Shown piece after piece: positions 45,466 through 54,300 of a DNA stretch of 64,000 bases. The notes under the pieces were generated by a model, which made no database searches, was not told the DNA's origin, and worked only from the letters and a program-made list of their open reading frames with translations. Origin of the DNA: a virus; IMG/VR virus record IMGVR_UViG_3300009509_000006, positions 34,059 through 98,058 of that record; one strand, 5' to 3'. A program made the translations under genes and the position numbers. Each line of letters begins with the position of its first letter. Within the stretch, counting starts at the first letter, position 1.

Positions 45466-46333
45466 ACGCAGCGAGCTCCTCGAGCATCTCCAGGATCGTT
45501 GGCGGCTCCGAGTAGCCGGCTGCGAGCCATAGCGCTTCGTTCACGTCGGGACGCTCCGTACTCAGGATCCGGGATACCGGCTTTCCAGAGGGCTTCGGCG
45601 TGATCTCGATCTCGTGGTCGAAGGAGTGAGCAATGCGCGCCAGGAGCTCGTACTTGTCGACCTCGTCGGCGGGGACGATGTGCTGCCTTCGGGGCAGCGT
45701 CGTGATGCCCGACCGGATGATCCCGACACAGATCTTCGCGAACTGGAGCGTGGTCATCCCGTTCCACAGGTGATCCGTGAAGCCGAAGGCCTTCTCCTGC
45801 GACAGCAGCCACTCAAGCAAGAAGTGCTTTCGCCCTCTCTCCGGTCCGATTACAGAGGTGCGGAGATGCGAGACACTTGGCAGATTGACTTCGCCGAGGC
45901 TCTTCGTCTTTCCGTAGACATCGGGCGCGTCGTGCGGCGTACTCTCCGGGATCTCTTCGCAGTGGTTGCCGAATACGCAGTCCGTCGCGATCTGGAGGAT
46001 GTGCGTACCGGTCTTGCACGCCGCGTCCGCGAGCAGGTGTGGGAAGACCACGTTGACGTGATTCGCGACGAACACATCCTTTGCCGATTCCTCCTGGATG
46101 TGCGGCTTCGTGATACCGATCGCGTTGATTGCCCACTTGTGCCCCTGGAGGATCTCGTGGACAGCATCTGGGTTGAAAGCGTCGAACAGCTGCCACGACA
46201 CGCCCGGCGTCGGGGGCGGCGGGCATCGCTTCATGTCGCGGAATGTCGCGAGCACCTGGTAGTCGGCCTGGCGCAGGATCTCGACGCACATCGAGCCAAG
46301 CATGCCGGTTCCGCCAAACACTACAACAGCCAT
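45443..46333 (-). CDS. rmlD: dTDP-4-dehydrorhamnose reductase-like
   Basis: GGTGMLG, ATDCVF, YGKTKSLGE and RTSVIG motifs. Confidence 0.9.
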   Translation of the reverse strand: MAVVVFGGTGMLGSMCVEILRQADYQVLATFRDMKRCPPPPTPGVSWQLFDAFNPDAVHEILQGHKWAINAIGITKPHIQEESAKDVFVANHVNVVFPHLLADAACKTGTHILQIATDCVFGNHCEEIPESTPHDAPDVYGKTKSLGEVNLPSVSHLRTSVIGPERGRKHFLLEWLLSQEKAFGFTDHLWNGMTTLQFAKICVGIIRSGITTLPRRQHIVPADEVDKYELLARIAHSFDHEIEITPKPSGKPVSRILSTERPDVNEALWLAAGYSEPPTILEMLEELAAFTAANGR

Positions 46334-46334
46334 G

Positions 46335-46817
46335 TCATCGCTCCTCGATGTGCCAGGGATCCCAGAAGTCGAACGGGAGCCTGTAGTCGTCCTGCTTTGA
46401 TTCCTCGAGCGTCGCCGTCGAGAAGAACATGAGGCGGCAGTCGGGGGTCAGCGTCCTGAAGCCGTTCGCGTAGCCAGCCGGAATGCGCAAGACCGAGGGC
46501 TTCATGTCCGAAAGCACGAAACGCTCGGGGTCGACGTCCTGCATCTCCATCTGCTTCATGGGATCGACGTCGTCAATATGGTTCCACGTGAAGTCCAGGA
46601 TCGGAACGATGGCGATCAGCGCAGACCCGCACACGGCGATCACGTACTTGGTCTCGTGGCGGTGGGCATGCCAGGCCCGGATGAAGCCTTGCCGATGATT
46701 CGCCACCATGTAGAAGCGGCGAACCCCGGCGTCGAATGGATCGAAGTCGTTCACGTACCAGAGCGGGCCGCGGTCATCCACGTGCAGCCCGCCCGGTCGG
46801 TTCAAGAGTTGGGGCAT
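46335..46817 (-). CDS. rmlC: dTDP-4-dehydrorhamnose 3,5-epimerase-like cupin
   Basis: DDRG, IRAWHAH and IPAGYANGF motifs. Confidence 0.88.
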   Translation of the reverse strand: MPQLLNRPGGLHVDDRGPLWYVNDFDPFDAGVRRFYMVANHRQGFIRAWHAHRHETKYVIAVCGSALIAIVPILDFTWNHIDDVDPMKQMEMQDVDPERFVLSDMKPSVLRIPAGYANGFRTLTPDCRLMFFSTATLEESKQDDYRLPFDFWDPWHIEER

Positions 46818-48268
46818 GAGTCTCCGTCTCCTCTCTGCTTTCGCATTCTCAGCTCAGGTCCATCGCAGGTGTCTCTGAATCCGCGAAGGCGAGCTGACGC
46901 AATGAAGTCGTTCCGCGAGCGTCCACGATAGGAATGCTTGCGGATCGACAAGGGCGTGTCCGGGTACTTTTTCAGCCAGGCCTCGAACTCAGACAGCGTG
47001 AACTCGTCCGGGTCGCCAGCGCGCTCCAGGGTCGAGTCCACGATCTCGATCACGCTCGGATCGGGGTCTGGCCGGTGGTCCGCCTCGGCCTGCCGGATCA
47101 GCGCAGCCAGACCATCCGCGAACGCATCGGGCTCCCATTTCGCCCGGACCTTCCTGGAGGCCTCCTCGAGCTTCTCCTGCACGTCGTCGTCCCAGTAGTG
47201 GTCGGCAAGCCACGCGAGCAGCCCTCGGAGCTCGTCCTGCGTGTCGAAGCGGAAGGGGTAGTCAGGCAAGAGGTCGTCCCATACGGGAACGCGCGGGATC
47301 GCGAGCGCGACGCGCATGTACGCCATCTCTCTCGGGACCGCCATCGGGCCTCCCTGCTCGATCAGGAAGGCGCTGAGGTGCGCTTGCCAGGCCTTCTTGT
47401 AGAACAGCTGTTGGGGGCACGGGCACAAGAGCTCGTAAGGCATGGACCCGGCTTGCAGGCGCTTGATCGTTTCCTTCACGGGAGCACCATACGCCGACTT
47501 GGAGGGCGAAGTGATCACGAGCTCGACAGGTCGCCCGGTCATGTACAGGATCTCGGCCTCGCGCAGGATCTCGCCTGGATGATAGTGCGACGCCAGCCTG
47601 GACCCGAAGTGGAAGATGATCTTGTCGCGCGGCTTGGGCTTCCGGTTGGCGTCAATGCGCCCGAAGTCGAGCGCCGCGGGGCCCACCATGTACGGTCGCT
47701 CCAGGAAGAGCTTCAGGGCTCTACCGGAGGCGTACTTGCGAACCACCTTGGCGCAGAAGTCGCGGTCGTATTCCGAAAGGAAGACGTTGTAGCCGAAAAG
47801 CCACCCGATGACCTGGGCGGCCTCGAGCTCCTTCGTGCACTGGTGCCTGCCCTCCTGCGAGATCGGGTACTGCATGATGTTGATCACGGGCGAGGGGGCC
47901 TTCCAGTTGCGCACGTTCGAGTTCAGGAGGGTGTGGGCCCAGAGCGAGATGTAGTGCTTGTCGCAGATCAGCACGTCGAAGTGGTGCGTGCCGAATATCT
48001 TGTGGAACATCCTGATGTAGATGTCTGGCAGGTAGGTGACCTCCTCGGACTGCATCGGGAGGGCCGGCACTCGGAACACATGAATGCGGGGGTGCTCCAG
48101 GTACTCGTGGGCATCGCCGATGTCGAAGGGATCCTCGGGCAGCGGGTAGTAGAGGTACATGTCGGGGTTCCGGTCCACCATGGTACGCAGAAGCGTCTTC
48201 ATGTTGTTGTAGACCGAGCATCCCTCGACGTTCTTGTTCGTGAAGAATGGGACGTAGAGGAGTCGCAT
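46802..48268 (-). CDS. GT-B fold glycosyltransferase
   Basis: MRLLYVP start, FDVLICD, IIFHFGSRL, and E-GGPMAVPRE-M-ALAIP in the donor-binding region. Confidence 0.7.
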   Translation of the reverse strand: MRLLYVPFFTNKNVEGCSVYNNMKTLLRTMVDRNPDMYLYYPLPEDPFDIGDAHEYLEHPRIHVFRVPALPMQSEEVTYLPDIYIRMFHKIFGTHHFDVLICDKHYISLWAHTLLNSNVRNWKAPSPVINIMQYPISQEGRHQCTKELEAAQVIGWLFGYNVFLSEYDRDFCAKVVRKYASGRALKLFLERPYMVGPAALDFGRIDANRKPKPRDKIIFHFGSRLASHYHPGEILREAEILYMTGRPVELVITSPSKSAYGAPVKETIKRLQAGSMPYELLCPCPQQLFYKKAWQAHLSAFLIEQGGPMAVPREMAYMRVALAIPRVPVWDDLLPDYPFRFDTQDELRGLLAWLADHYWDDDVQEKLEEASRKVRAKWEPDAFADGLAALIRQAEADHRPDPDPSVIEIVDSTLERAGDPDEFTLSEFEAWLKKYPDTPLSIRKHSYRGRSRNDFIASARLRGFRDTCDGPELRMRKQRGDGDSCPNS

Positions 48269-49089
48269 CAGAAGTCCACGTCGTCGTCTTTCCTGGCCTC
48301 GGCGAGCTTCTGCTCCAGCTCTTTGGCGCAGCGTTTCACGATCGGCGCCATCACCTCGTTGATGTCCTTGCCAGCGACCCGGCAGTAGTCCATCACTTGC
48401 GTCATCGCCCGCTTCATCTTGCGGTCCATCGAGACGTAGATGTGCTCGAACTTTCCGAAGGTGAAGATCATGAACGAGAGCTGCACGGTGTCGCCGTACT
48501 TGTCGAACATCTCCCGGATGATCCTGTCGAGGTCTTCGACCGTGCGGGCGTCTTTCGCAGCGGCATCGAATTCATCGTGCATGCTTTTCGGCAAGGCCTC
48601 CTTCATGCCCTCCTTGACACCGGCGACGAGCTTGTTGAAAGCATGCTTGTCTGTGAAAGCGAAGAGGTCCTGCAACGGCTCCTTGCCGTACTTGCCGGCC
48701 ATCTCCTCGTAGAGCCTGATGAATTTCTCGCCGTCGATCTTGCCGCTCAAGACGTTGAGACGCACTGTGATGAACTTCTGCTTGTCCTCGTCCCAGGCGC
48801 CGTCCGGATCCTGCACGATCAGACAGGGGATCTCCTCGTAGCCGAGGGACTGGGCTGCGCGCCAGCGGTGCTCACCACCAATGATTCGGTACTTCGCCCC
48901 GAACTCACTCTCGTCCTCGTCCTCGATCTCGATCACGGTGATCGCGTTGATGAAGCCTTCTGCGGCGATCTCGTCAACCAGGCGCTCGAAGGTCTCCGGC
49001 TCCATGTGCTGCGGGTTCCACTTGTTCGGAACGAGCGAGTCGATCGGGAGGTAGCGGAGATCGTGTTGTTCGTTGTCCATGTCCATCAT
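48268..49089 (-). CDS. ParB/Srx-like domain protein
   Basis: LVPNKWNP, GFINAITV and IIGGEHRWRAA motifs. Confidence 0.9.
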   Translation of the reverse strand: MMDMDNEQHDLRYLPIDSLVPNKWNPQHMEPETFERLVDEIAAEGFINAITVIEIEDEDESEFGAKYRIIGGEHRWRAAQSLGYEEIPCLIVQDPDGAWDEDKQKFITVRLNVLSGKIDGEKFIRLYEEMAGKYGKEPLQDLFAFTDKHAFNKLVAGVKEGMKEALPKSMHDEFDAAAKDARTVEDLDRIIREMFDKYGDTVQLSFMIFTFGKFEHIYVSMDRKMKRAMTQVMDYCRVAGKDINEVMAPIVKRCAKELEQKLAEARKDDDVDF

Positions 49090-49108
49090 GACGATGGCCC
49101 CCAAGTAC

Positions 49109-49131
49109 GAAAGCCGGAGTCGAGCCCCGGC
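49109..49131 (-). terminator. Putative terminator hairpin
   Basis: Minus strand GCCGGGG-CTCGA-CTCCGGC-TTT. Confidence 0.45.
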
Positions 49132-49151
49132 GCGGTCACAGTAGAGTTCGC

Positions 49152-50312
49152 CTATTCAGGCAGCTTCGGGTATCGGTGCTCCAGGCCTGCACGTCGGATC
49201 AGCTTGCGGTAGAAGAAGGCATCCATCAGGTCGGCCAGGCCGAACAGCCCCTCCGGGATCTCGACGTCTTCCCACTTCAGGTTTTGCCAGCCGTCGCCGT
49301 GCGTGCGAGCCGCGATCTCGCGCCACAACACGCCACGGATCAGACCACTGAACCGAGTGTCCATGAATGGCGGCTCCGGTTTGCCAGGCTGGATCTCGAG
49401 CAGGCGCTTGGCGTAGCGCGCCAGGCCAACGCGAGTGTGGTTGTCGTAGATGTAGTAGGCCAACTGGGGCATCGTCGGGAGCTCGTCATAGAGCTCGACG
49501 TTTCGATTCGGGTGAAACTCGTTCGCCTCGTTCGACCAGAAGCCGCCGAGCATCTCGATGAACATGAGAGGCGCGTAGAATGTGTGCTGACTCCACTTCG
49601 TCAGCGCCAGGTCGTGGGCAGGGCAGACCTCGAGCCTCCGGCCACGACCGATCAAGAGCTCGCGCATATCGGATTCGCGTCCCAGCAGGCGAGCCGTCCA
49701 TAAGGCCTCGAGCAACGTCCCGAAGTCAGACTCGACTTCGAGGACAGCGTACAGATCCTGGAAGGAAGACAACGGCTCAGGGCGTCCGTCCTTGGTCTCG
49801 AAACTCGAGCCGAGTGCTATAGGGTACGCCATGAGGTACTGGACGAAAGCTCCGTAGCGGCACCGGAGCTCGCACTTCTTCTTGGAGGCGGCAAGGTCTC
49901 GAACCATGCTCTCCAAGCTTCGGCCTCGGAGACTCTGCCACACGTTCACGAGATACAGGTTTCGCGTCTCCTCGAGCAGGATGTTGCGGCAGTAGGCCTT
50001 CGCCTTCGACGGGCTCGAAGCCGCCGCAATCCAGGAAGCCCAGCGGAGCGCATCGACGACGTCGCAGCGGCGAACGGCCTTGTGGAGTCCTGAACGCCCG
50101 ATAAACGAGGCTTCACGAGCGTTGCAGGCAACGTGCAGAGCGCGCATCAGGTCCGGCCTCGGGCCCTTCGCTCCAACGTAGGCGCTTCTCCGGGCGCTCG
50201 CCAGATAGCGCCCCCCATCGCTCGCAAAGAAGTAGAACTCGTCCAGGTCGGCGACCTTGAAAGCAGGAATCGCCGCCTTCGTGGGCTGTTCGGCAAACAG
50301 GCTGGATTGCAT
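49152..50312 (-). CDS. Hypothetical protein with MgsA/RarA-like helical domain
   Basis: SGLHKAVRRCDVVDALRWA...NILLEE and YIYDNHTRVG motifs; no Walker A. Confidence 0.55.
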   Translation of the reverse strand: MQSSLFAEQPTKAAIPAFKVADLDEFYFFASDGGRYLASARRSAYVGAKGPRPDLMRALHVACNAREASFIGRSGLHKAVRRCDVVDALRWASWIAAASSPSKAKAYCRNILLEETRNLYLVNVWQSLRGRSLESMVRDLAASKKKCELRCRYGAFVQYLMAYPIALGSSFETKDGRPEPLSSFQDLYAVLEVESDFGTLLEALWTARLLGRESDMRELLIGRGRRLEVCPAHDLALTKWSQHTFYAPLMFIEMLGGFWSNEANEFHPNRNVELYDELPTMPQLAYYIYDNHTRVGLARYAKRLLEIQPGKPEPPFMDTRFSGLIRGVLWREIAARTHGDGWQNLKWEDVEIPEGLFGLADLMDAFFYRKLIRRAGLEHRYPKLPE

Positions 50313-50338
50313 CTCGACCTCCGTGTTCTGTCCGCCCA

Positions 50339-50367
50339 GCTATACCAAGTACGAAGACGATAGTCAA
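50339..50367 (-). promoter_or_regulatory. Sigma70-like promoter TTGACT-N17-TATAGC
   Basis: Intergenic, canonical spacing, followed by a GGAGGT ribosome-binding site. Confidence 0.7.
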
Positions 50368-50368
50368 G

Positions 50369-50620
50369 CTACAGGTGCTCTTCGAGAACCGTAGCGAGCG
50401 CGTCGCACTGAAGCGATACGAGCTTGAGCTCGGCGACTAGTTTGCGCACGAAGTCGTCCATCTCACTTGGGTCCTCCGGGTTGTAGTCCTCACCGGGGAC
50501 GCCCCTGTCTTTGATGACCTCGATCCATGATTCGAGTATCCAGTGCGCCTGGGAGACATAGCCGAGGATGATCTCTCGTCGGATTGGCAAGGAGGGCAAC
50601 CGCAGAGCATCAGTCGTCAT
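50369..50620 (-). CDS. Hypothetical protein
   Basis: Coupled 83-aa ORF. Confidence 0.6.
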   Translation of the reverse strand: MTTDALRLPSLPIRREIILGYVSQAHWILESWIEVIKDRGVPGEDYNPEDPSEMDDFVRKLVAELKLVSLQCDALATVLEEHL

Positions 50621-51539
50621 CGTCTTCGTCCTTCTTGTGCTTCTCGATGTGCTCGATCAGGTCCACCATGTTCTTCGTGCCCCAGAGAAGCTCGGGCACT
50701 GGGTCGACGCTGTCCTTATCGATGGCGATCAGCTTGACGTCGAGGACCTTCTCGAGCGTCGCCATGTAGTGCTTGAAAGCGCTGTGGCCAGAGAAGACGC
50801 CCGCGTGGCCGGCCAGGAAGTCGGCACAGATCAGACAGAAGAGGTGCCCATTGTGGCCTTTCCGTGGAACCTCGGCTACGAGGGCGGCAGCGTCGAGGGC
50901 GTGCTCTATGATCTCATGCTGGTCCGGGAACGCATGGATCTTGGTCAGCTTCAGAGACCGGATATCAGCATCTTCCTCCTCGGTCGGAACAGGATACTTC
51001 TCTTCGTCGTCCGGGTCGTAGTCCTCATCCGCCTCGAGAGCCTTCTGGCGCTCCAGGGCCTCCTGCTTATCTCGCAGGTCCTTGTAGGCACCGATTATAG
51101 CGATGAGGTCGGCGACACTGGTGTTCTCGGCCACGTCGACCCAGTAGGCCGCGTTGGCAGATGTCAACACGGACACGAGATGGCGGCACTTCGAGATCCC
51201 GAGGTCGTAGACCCGAGCCTTTATCGCAGGGTCAATGTCGTGCCGGACCTCGATCACCCAGTAGATCTTGCGCAGGAATCTGGTCTTCGAGGGCGCATAT
51301 CCCAACTCCGCCAGAGCCCACTCCTCATCGGTATCGTAGCCCCACAGCGTGACGATACTGTCGTTGTCAGGGTCGTTATCGATCGGGGTGTCGTAGACCA
51401 GGTACAGGAGCCTGGCCATGTCGACGTAGCTGCGCTCGATCTGACGCACCAGAGAGACAGCCTCTTTCCGGATCTGCGCAGCCCATTCCTTCGACCCGAT
51501 CTTGGGACCATCAACAACGGAGTCCAGTTCGGCATTCAT
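50610..51539 (-). CDS. Hypothetical DNA-binding protein (DUF3102-like N-terminus)
   Basis: Start MNAELD follows the ruvC stop; segment MARLLYLV...WGY...EWALAELGY. Confidence 0.55.
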   Translation of the reverse strand: MNAELDSVVDGPKIGSKEWAAQIRKEAVSLVRQIERSYVDMARLLYLVYDTPIDNDPDNDSIVTLWGYDTDEEWALAELGYAPSKTRFLRKIYWVIEVRHDIDPAIKARVYDLGISKCRHLVSVLTSANAAYWVDVAENTSVADLIAIIGAYKDLRDKQEALERQKALEADEDYDPDDEEKYPVPTEEEDADIRSLKLTKIHAFPDQHEIIEHALDAAALVAEVPRKGHNGHLFCLICADFLAGHAGVFSGHSAFKHYMATLEKVLDVKLIAIDKDSVDPVPELLWGTKNMVDLIEHIEKHKKDEDDDD

Positions 51540-51541
51540 GC

Positions 51542-52129
51542 TCACACCCCGCACAGGCGCTTTACGCTCAAGAACCCCTGGGAGTGCCGCTGCGCCCAGA
51601 TAGCGGCTCCCGCGTCGTACATATGCTCGCGATGCGTCTTCGCGATCTTCAGTATCATCCCGTGCACAGATTCTGGAAGCCGCGAGGCCTCCACGAAGGC
51701 GTCCGCGACCTCTTGCTTCGAAGCGCTCTGCTTGCCGCACATCACGATCTTCAGCCGCTGAGGCGTGATCTCGTACACGGGGAGCTCGTGCGTCTCTGCC
51801 CACGATCCAACTGCGCCCCAGGCGAGGCCGAGCAAAGACGCCGACCGAGCGCTCTGCGAGCCCGCCGGGGCTTCTGGAAACACCGCACGAATCCCGGACC
51901 ACTCGGCCAGGATCTGGTTGAGCTCGCGCGTGATGAACTGAACTCCCTCGAGGTTCTTGCGCGCAACGCTGGCATTCGGGGCAAGGTCCTTGTGGTTCCG
52001 GATCAACCCGAAGGCCTCATAGTGCAGAGCGTTGCGCCCCAGGCGAGCTACACACCAGCCGAACTTGCGGTAGGCGGGGTCGAGGCCGAGCAAGCGGACG
52101 GGGCTATCGGAACCGGGCACGGATAGCAT
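51542..52129 (-). CDS. ruvC: RuvC-like Holliday junction resolvase
   Basis: LLGLDP, VFPE, TPQRLK, ASKQEV and HMYDA motifs. Confidence 0.9.
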   Translation of the reverse strand: MLSVPGSDSPVRLLGLDPAYRKFGWCVARLGRNALHYEAFGLIRNHKDLAPNASVARKNLEGVQFITRELNQILAEWSGIRAVFPEAPAGSQSARSASLLGLAWGAVGSWAETHELPVYEITPQRLKIVMCGKQSASKQEVADAFVEASRLPESVHGMILKIAKTHREHMYDAGAAIWAQRHSQGFLSVKRLCGV

Positions 52130-52445
52130 CTTCGTCCTCGAACTTGCGGGAGGTAATCGCCAGGCCGAGCAAGAGCTGGTCGGCGTCCTTGATCGAAGCG
52201 AGCTTGCCGTCCGCGTTCTGCCGGAGCGGCTCGCCCCGCTCGTCACCTACGTCGGCGATGAAGTCCAGGAATTCGGGCTTGTGCCCGATCCCAGACACGT
52301 CGTAGAGGTAGCACCACGAGCAGACATAGCCCTTCGGGTCCTGCACACGGAACCGGGCCAGGACCTCGTGGCAATGGTCGCACTCGAACGGCGCGGGTAG
52401 GGGGGTCAACTCGACGGGCAGGAGGATCGGTTTACGGAGTCGCAA
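52104..52445 (-). CDS. Zn-finger hypothetical protein
   Basis: CDHC and CSWC motifs; TTG start after GGAGGT. Confidence 0.6.
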   Translation of the reverse strand: MRLRKPILLPVELTPLPAPFECDHCHEVLARFRVQDPKGYVCSWCYLYDVSGIGHKPEFLDFIADVGDERGEPLRQNADGKLASIKDADQLLLGLAITSRKFEDEDAIRARFR

Positions 52446-53388
52446 AGCACACCTCCGAAGATGCGCAGTCCTTGGCAAGATTGCACGTTGGATTCGCACA
52501 GACACGCTTCGGGAGCCCCTCACCACTATGCAGGTGCTCGCGCATCTGGCGCAGAGATTCCCAGCGGCGCTCGGTCAATGCCTCGTCGAACTCGATCTCC
52601 TGCGCGTGCAAGGCCTTCAGGCCGTTTGCGCCCTTGTTCCAATACAGGATCAGAGCCCACGAAGTGCCAGTCAGGCGCATGTAGCAGTTGGCCTGGATCA
52701 CGTGCTCGACCTTCGGGCGATGGCGCACCTTCCAGAAGCCGAGGTCCGAGATCGATTTGACCTCAAGAATGCCCCAGCCCTTGCGCCAGGGGAGGTAGAT
52801 GAGTCCATCGGGGTGTCCGCCAATCATGATCTCGGCATCACCGTACCAGGACTCCTTGTACGTGAAGGCCGGGGCGCCACTCGGTCCAGGCTCCTTGCCG
52901 CACTGCTCACATTGGAGCGGGCAGGTGCGCAAGGAAGTCAGGCGCACAGCCATGAGACGCTCCAGCTCCTGTTGGAGATCCGGGGATCCCGCCACCTTTC
53001 GCACATTGCGGATCAAGCGGATCTGGCGTCGTCCCTCGAGGTTGAGGCCGCCGTGTCGATGCCCACAACGATTGCACTTCCAGATTCCGTAGAGGCAGCC
53101 GGCACTGGCAAGGATCACATTCTGGACAGCCCAATGCAGCGCAGTGCCATGCAGGAAGATCAGCGAGAGGTCCGCACCCGCGGTGCCTGGGACGAGATTC
53201 CCATCCCGAACACCAATCACGTGCTGGCGTGCGCACAGGTACGGCAGGGACGAGACACGCAGCCATTCCGTACCCGTCATGGGCGTGATATCGCGAGCAC
53301 GGCTCTCAAGCAGGGCTCGGCCGACTAGCTCTTCGAAAGAGCTCGGCGACGTCGCCGCCGTGAGAAGATCCTTCGTATCCATCCCCAT
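52432..53388 (-). CDS. Cas4-like PD-(D/E)XK exonuclease
   Basis: LCAR, GTALH, GHPDG, LEVKS, QANCY and C-terminal Cys cluster; Zn-ribbon insertion. Confidence 0.85.
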   Translation of the reverse strand: MGMDTKDLLTAATSPSSFEELVGRALLESRARDITPMTGTEWLRVSSLPYLCARQHVIGVRDGNLVPGTAGADLSLIFLHGTALHWAVQNVILASAGCLYGIWKCNRCGHRHGGLNLEGRRQIRLIRNVRKVAGSPDLQQELERLMAVRLTSLRTCPLQCEQCGKEPGPSGAPAFTYKESWYGDAEIMIGGHPDGLIYLPWRKGWGILEVKSISDLGFWKVRHRPKVEHVIQANCYMRLTGTSWALILYWNKGANGLKALHAQEIEFDEALTERRWESLRQMREHLHSGEGLPKRVCANPTCNLAKDCASSEVCFATP

Positions 53389-53669
53389 CTCCGTCTCTTT
53401 GGCCCGATCACCTCAATGGCGTGCTGCATGACCTCCACCCCGGCCCGCAACAATTGCACAGCATGCGTCTTGGTGAGCAGGACCCCGCAATTATAGCACA
53501 CCCAGGCGGCTTCCTCCCAGGACAACGTGTCACCGCAAGCCTCGCAAACGAAGCAAACACGTAGCTTTCCGTCTTTCTCGTACAGGTGGGGGCGGCAATT
53601 CGGAGCCGAGCCAGGCGGATTGACACCATTCATCAGCTCGGCGATCGTCGGGCGGCGCCTCTCATTCAT
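53325..53669 (-). CDS. Zn-ribbon hypothetical protein
   Basis: CEAC and CYNC motifs. Confidence 0.6.
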   Translation of the reverse strand: MNERRRPTIAELMNGVNPPGSAPNCRPHLYEKDGKLRVCFVCEACGDTLSWEEAAWVCYNCGVLLTKTHAVQLLRAGVEVMQHAIEVIGPKRRRWGWIRRIFSRRRRRRALSKS

Positions 53670-54177
53670 AGCTCACCTTGCCACAACGACGGCAAACGAC
53701 CGCCCAGTTACCAGGCATGCCCCGGACTTCCAGCGCGTGCTCGCATTCGTCTTCGGAGTCCTCTGTGCCAAAGTCAACAGCCCCGAGGGGGAGAAGGATC
53801 CAATCGGAATCGCCCATGTCCCGTTCGAACGTGATACCCACCGCTGGAATCTTGCCCTCCCGTTTGGCCGCACGAGTTACCTTCTTGAGCCAAGCGTACT
53901 TGATCGAGATCGACTCGCGCGTCGTCGATTTGTGCTCCAGGTGCAGTGTGTCGCTGGTCACGTCTGCACCCGCAGTCTCCTCGGGCGCACCGAATGTCTT
54001 CGCGCGGGGGCGAACACGGGGGTAGTTGCGGTGTGGCAACTCGATGACCGCACCGGAGGCCTTGAGCGTGTGGCCACCGGTCTTCTTCGCGAAGCGCTCC
54101 TCATGATGGCGCGTGTCCCGAATGAGCTTCGCCTGCAGCCACTTCGGAATCGCCGAGTCGTCAGACTTCCTTGACAT
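53662..54177 (-). CDS. PD-(D/E)XK resolvase-like endonuclease
   Basis: HEERFAK, ASGA and ADV...LEHKST...SISIK motifs. Confidence 0.75.
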   Translation of the reverse strand: MSRKSDDSAIPKWLQAKLIRDTRHHEERFAKKTGGHTLKASGAVIELPHRNYPRVRPRAKTFGAPEETAGADVTSDTLHLEHKSTTRESISIKYAWLKKVTRAAKREGKIPAVGITFERDMGDSDWILLPLGAVDFGTEDSEDECEHALEVRGMPGNWAVVCRRCGKVSYE

Positions 54178-54300
54178 GGCTCGCTTTGCACTTCGGGCAG
54201 GTGTAGCGCCACAGCACGGGGGTAGCCCAGACACTCTCTGGGTCGGGCTCGCCGAACATCGGGACTTGGCACTTCGAGCAGAGTTCGCTGTCTGGGCAGT

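Noticed and set aside
52432-53388. Cas4-like gene as part of a CRISPR-Cas system
   Set aside because: No other cas genes or arrays are present, and the context is phage recombination.
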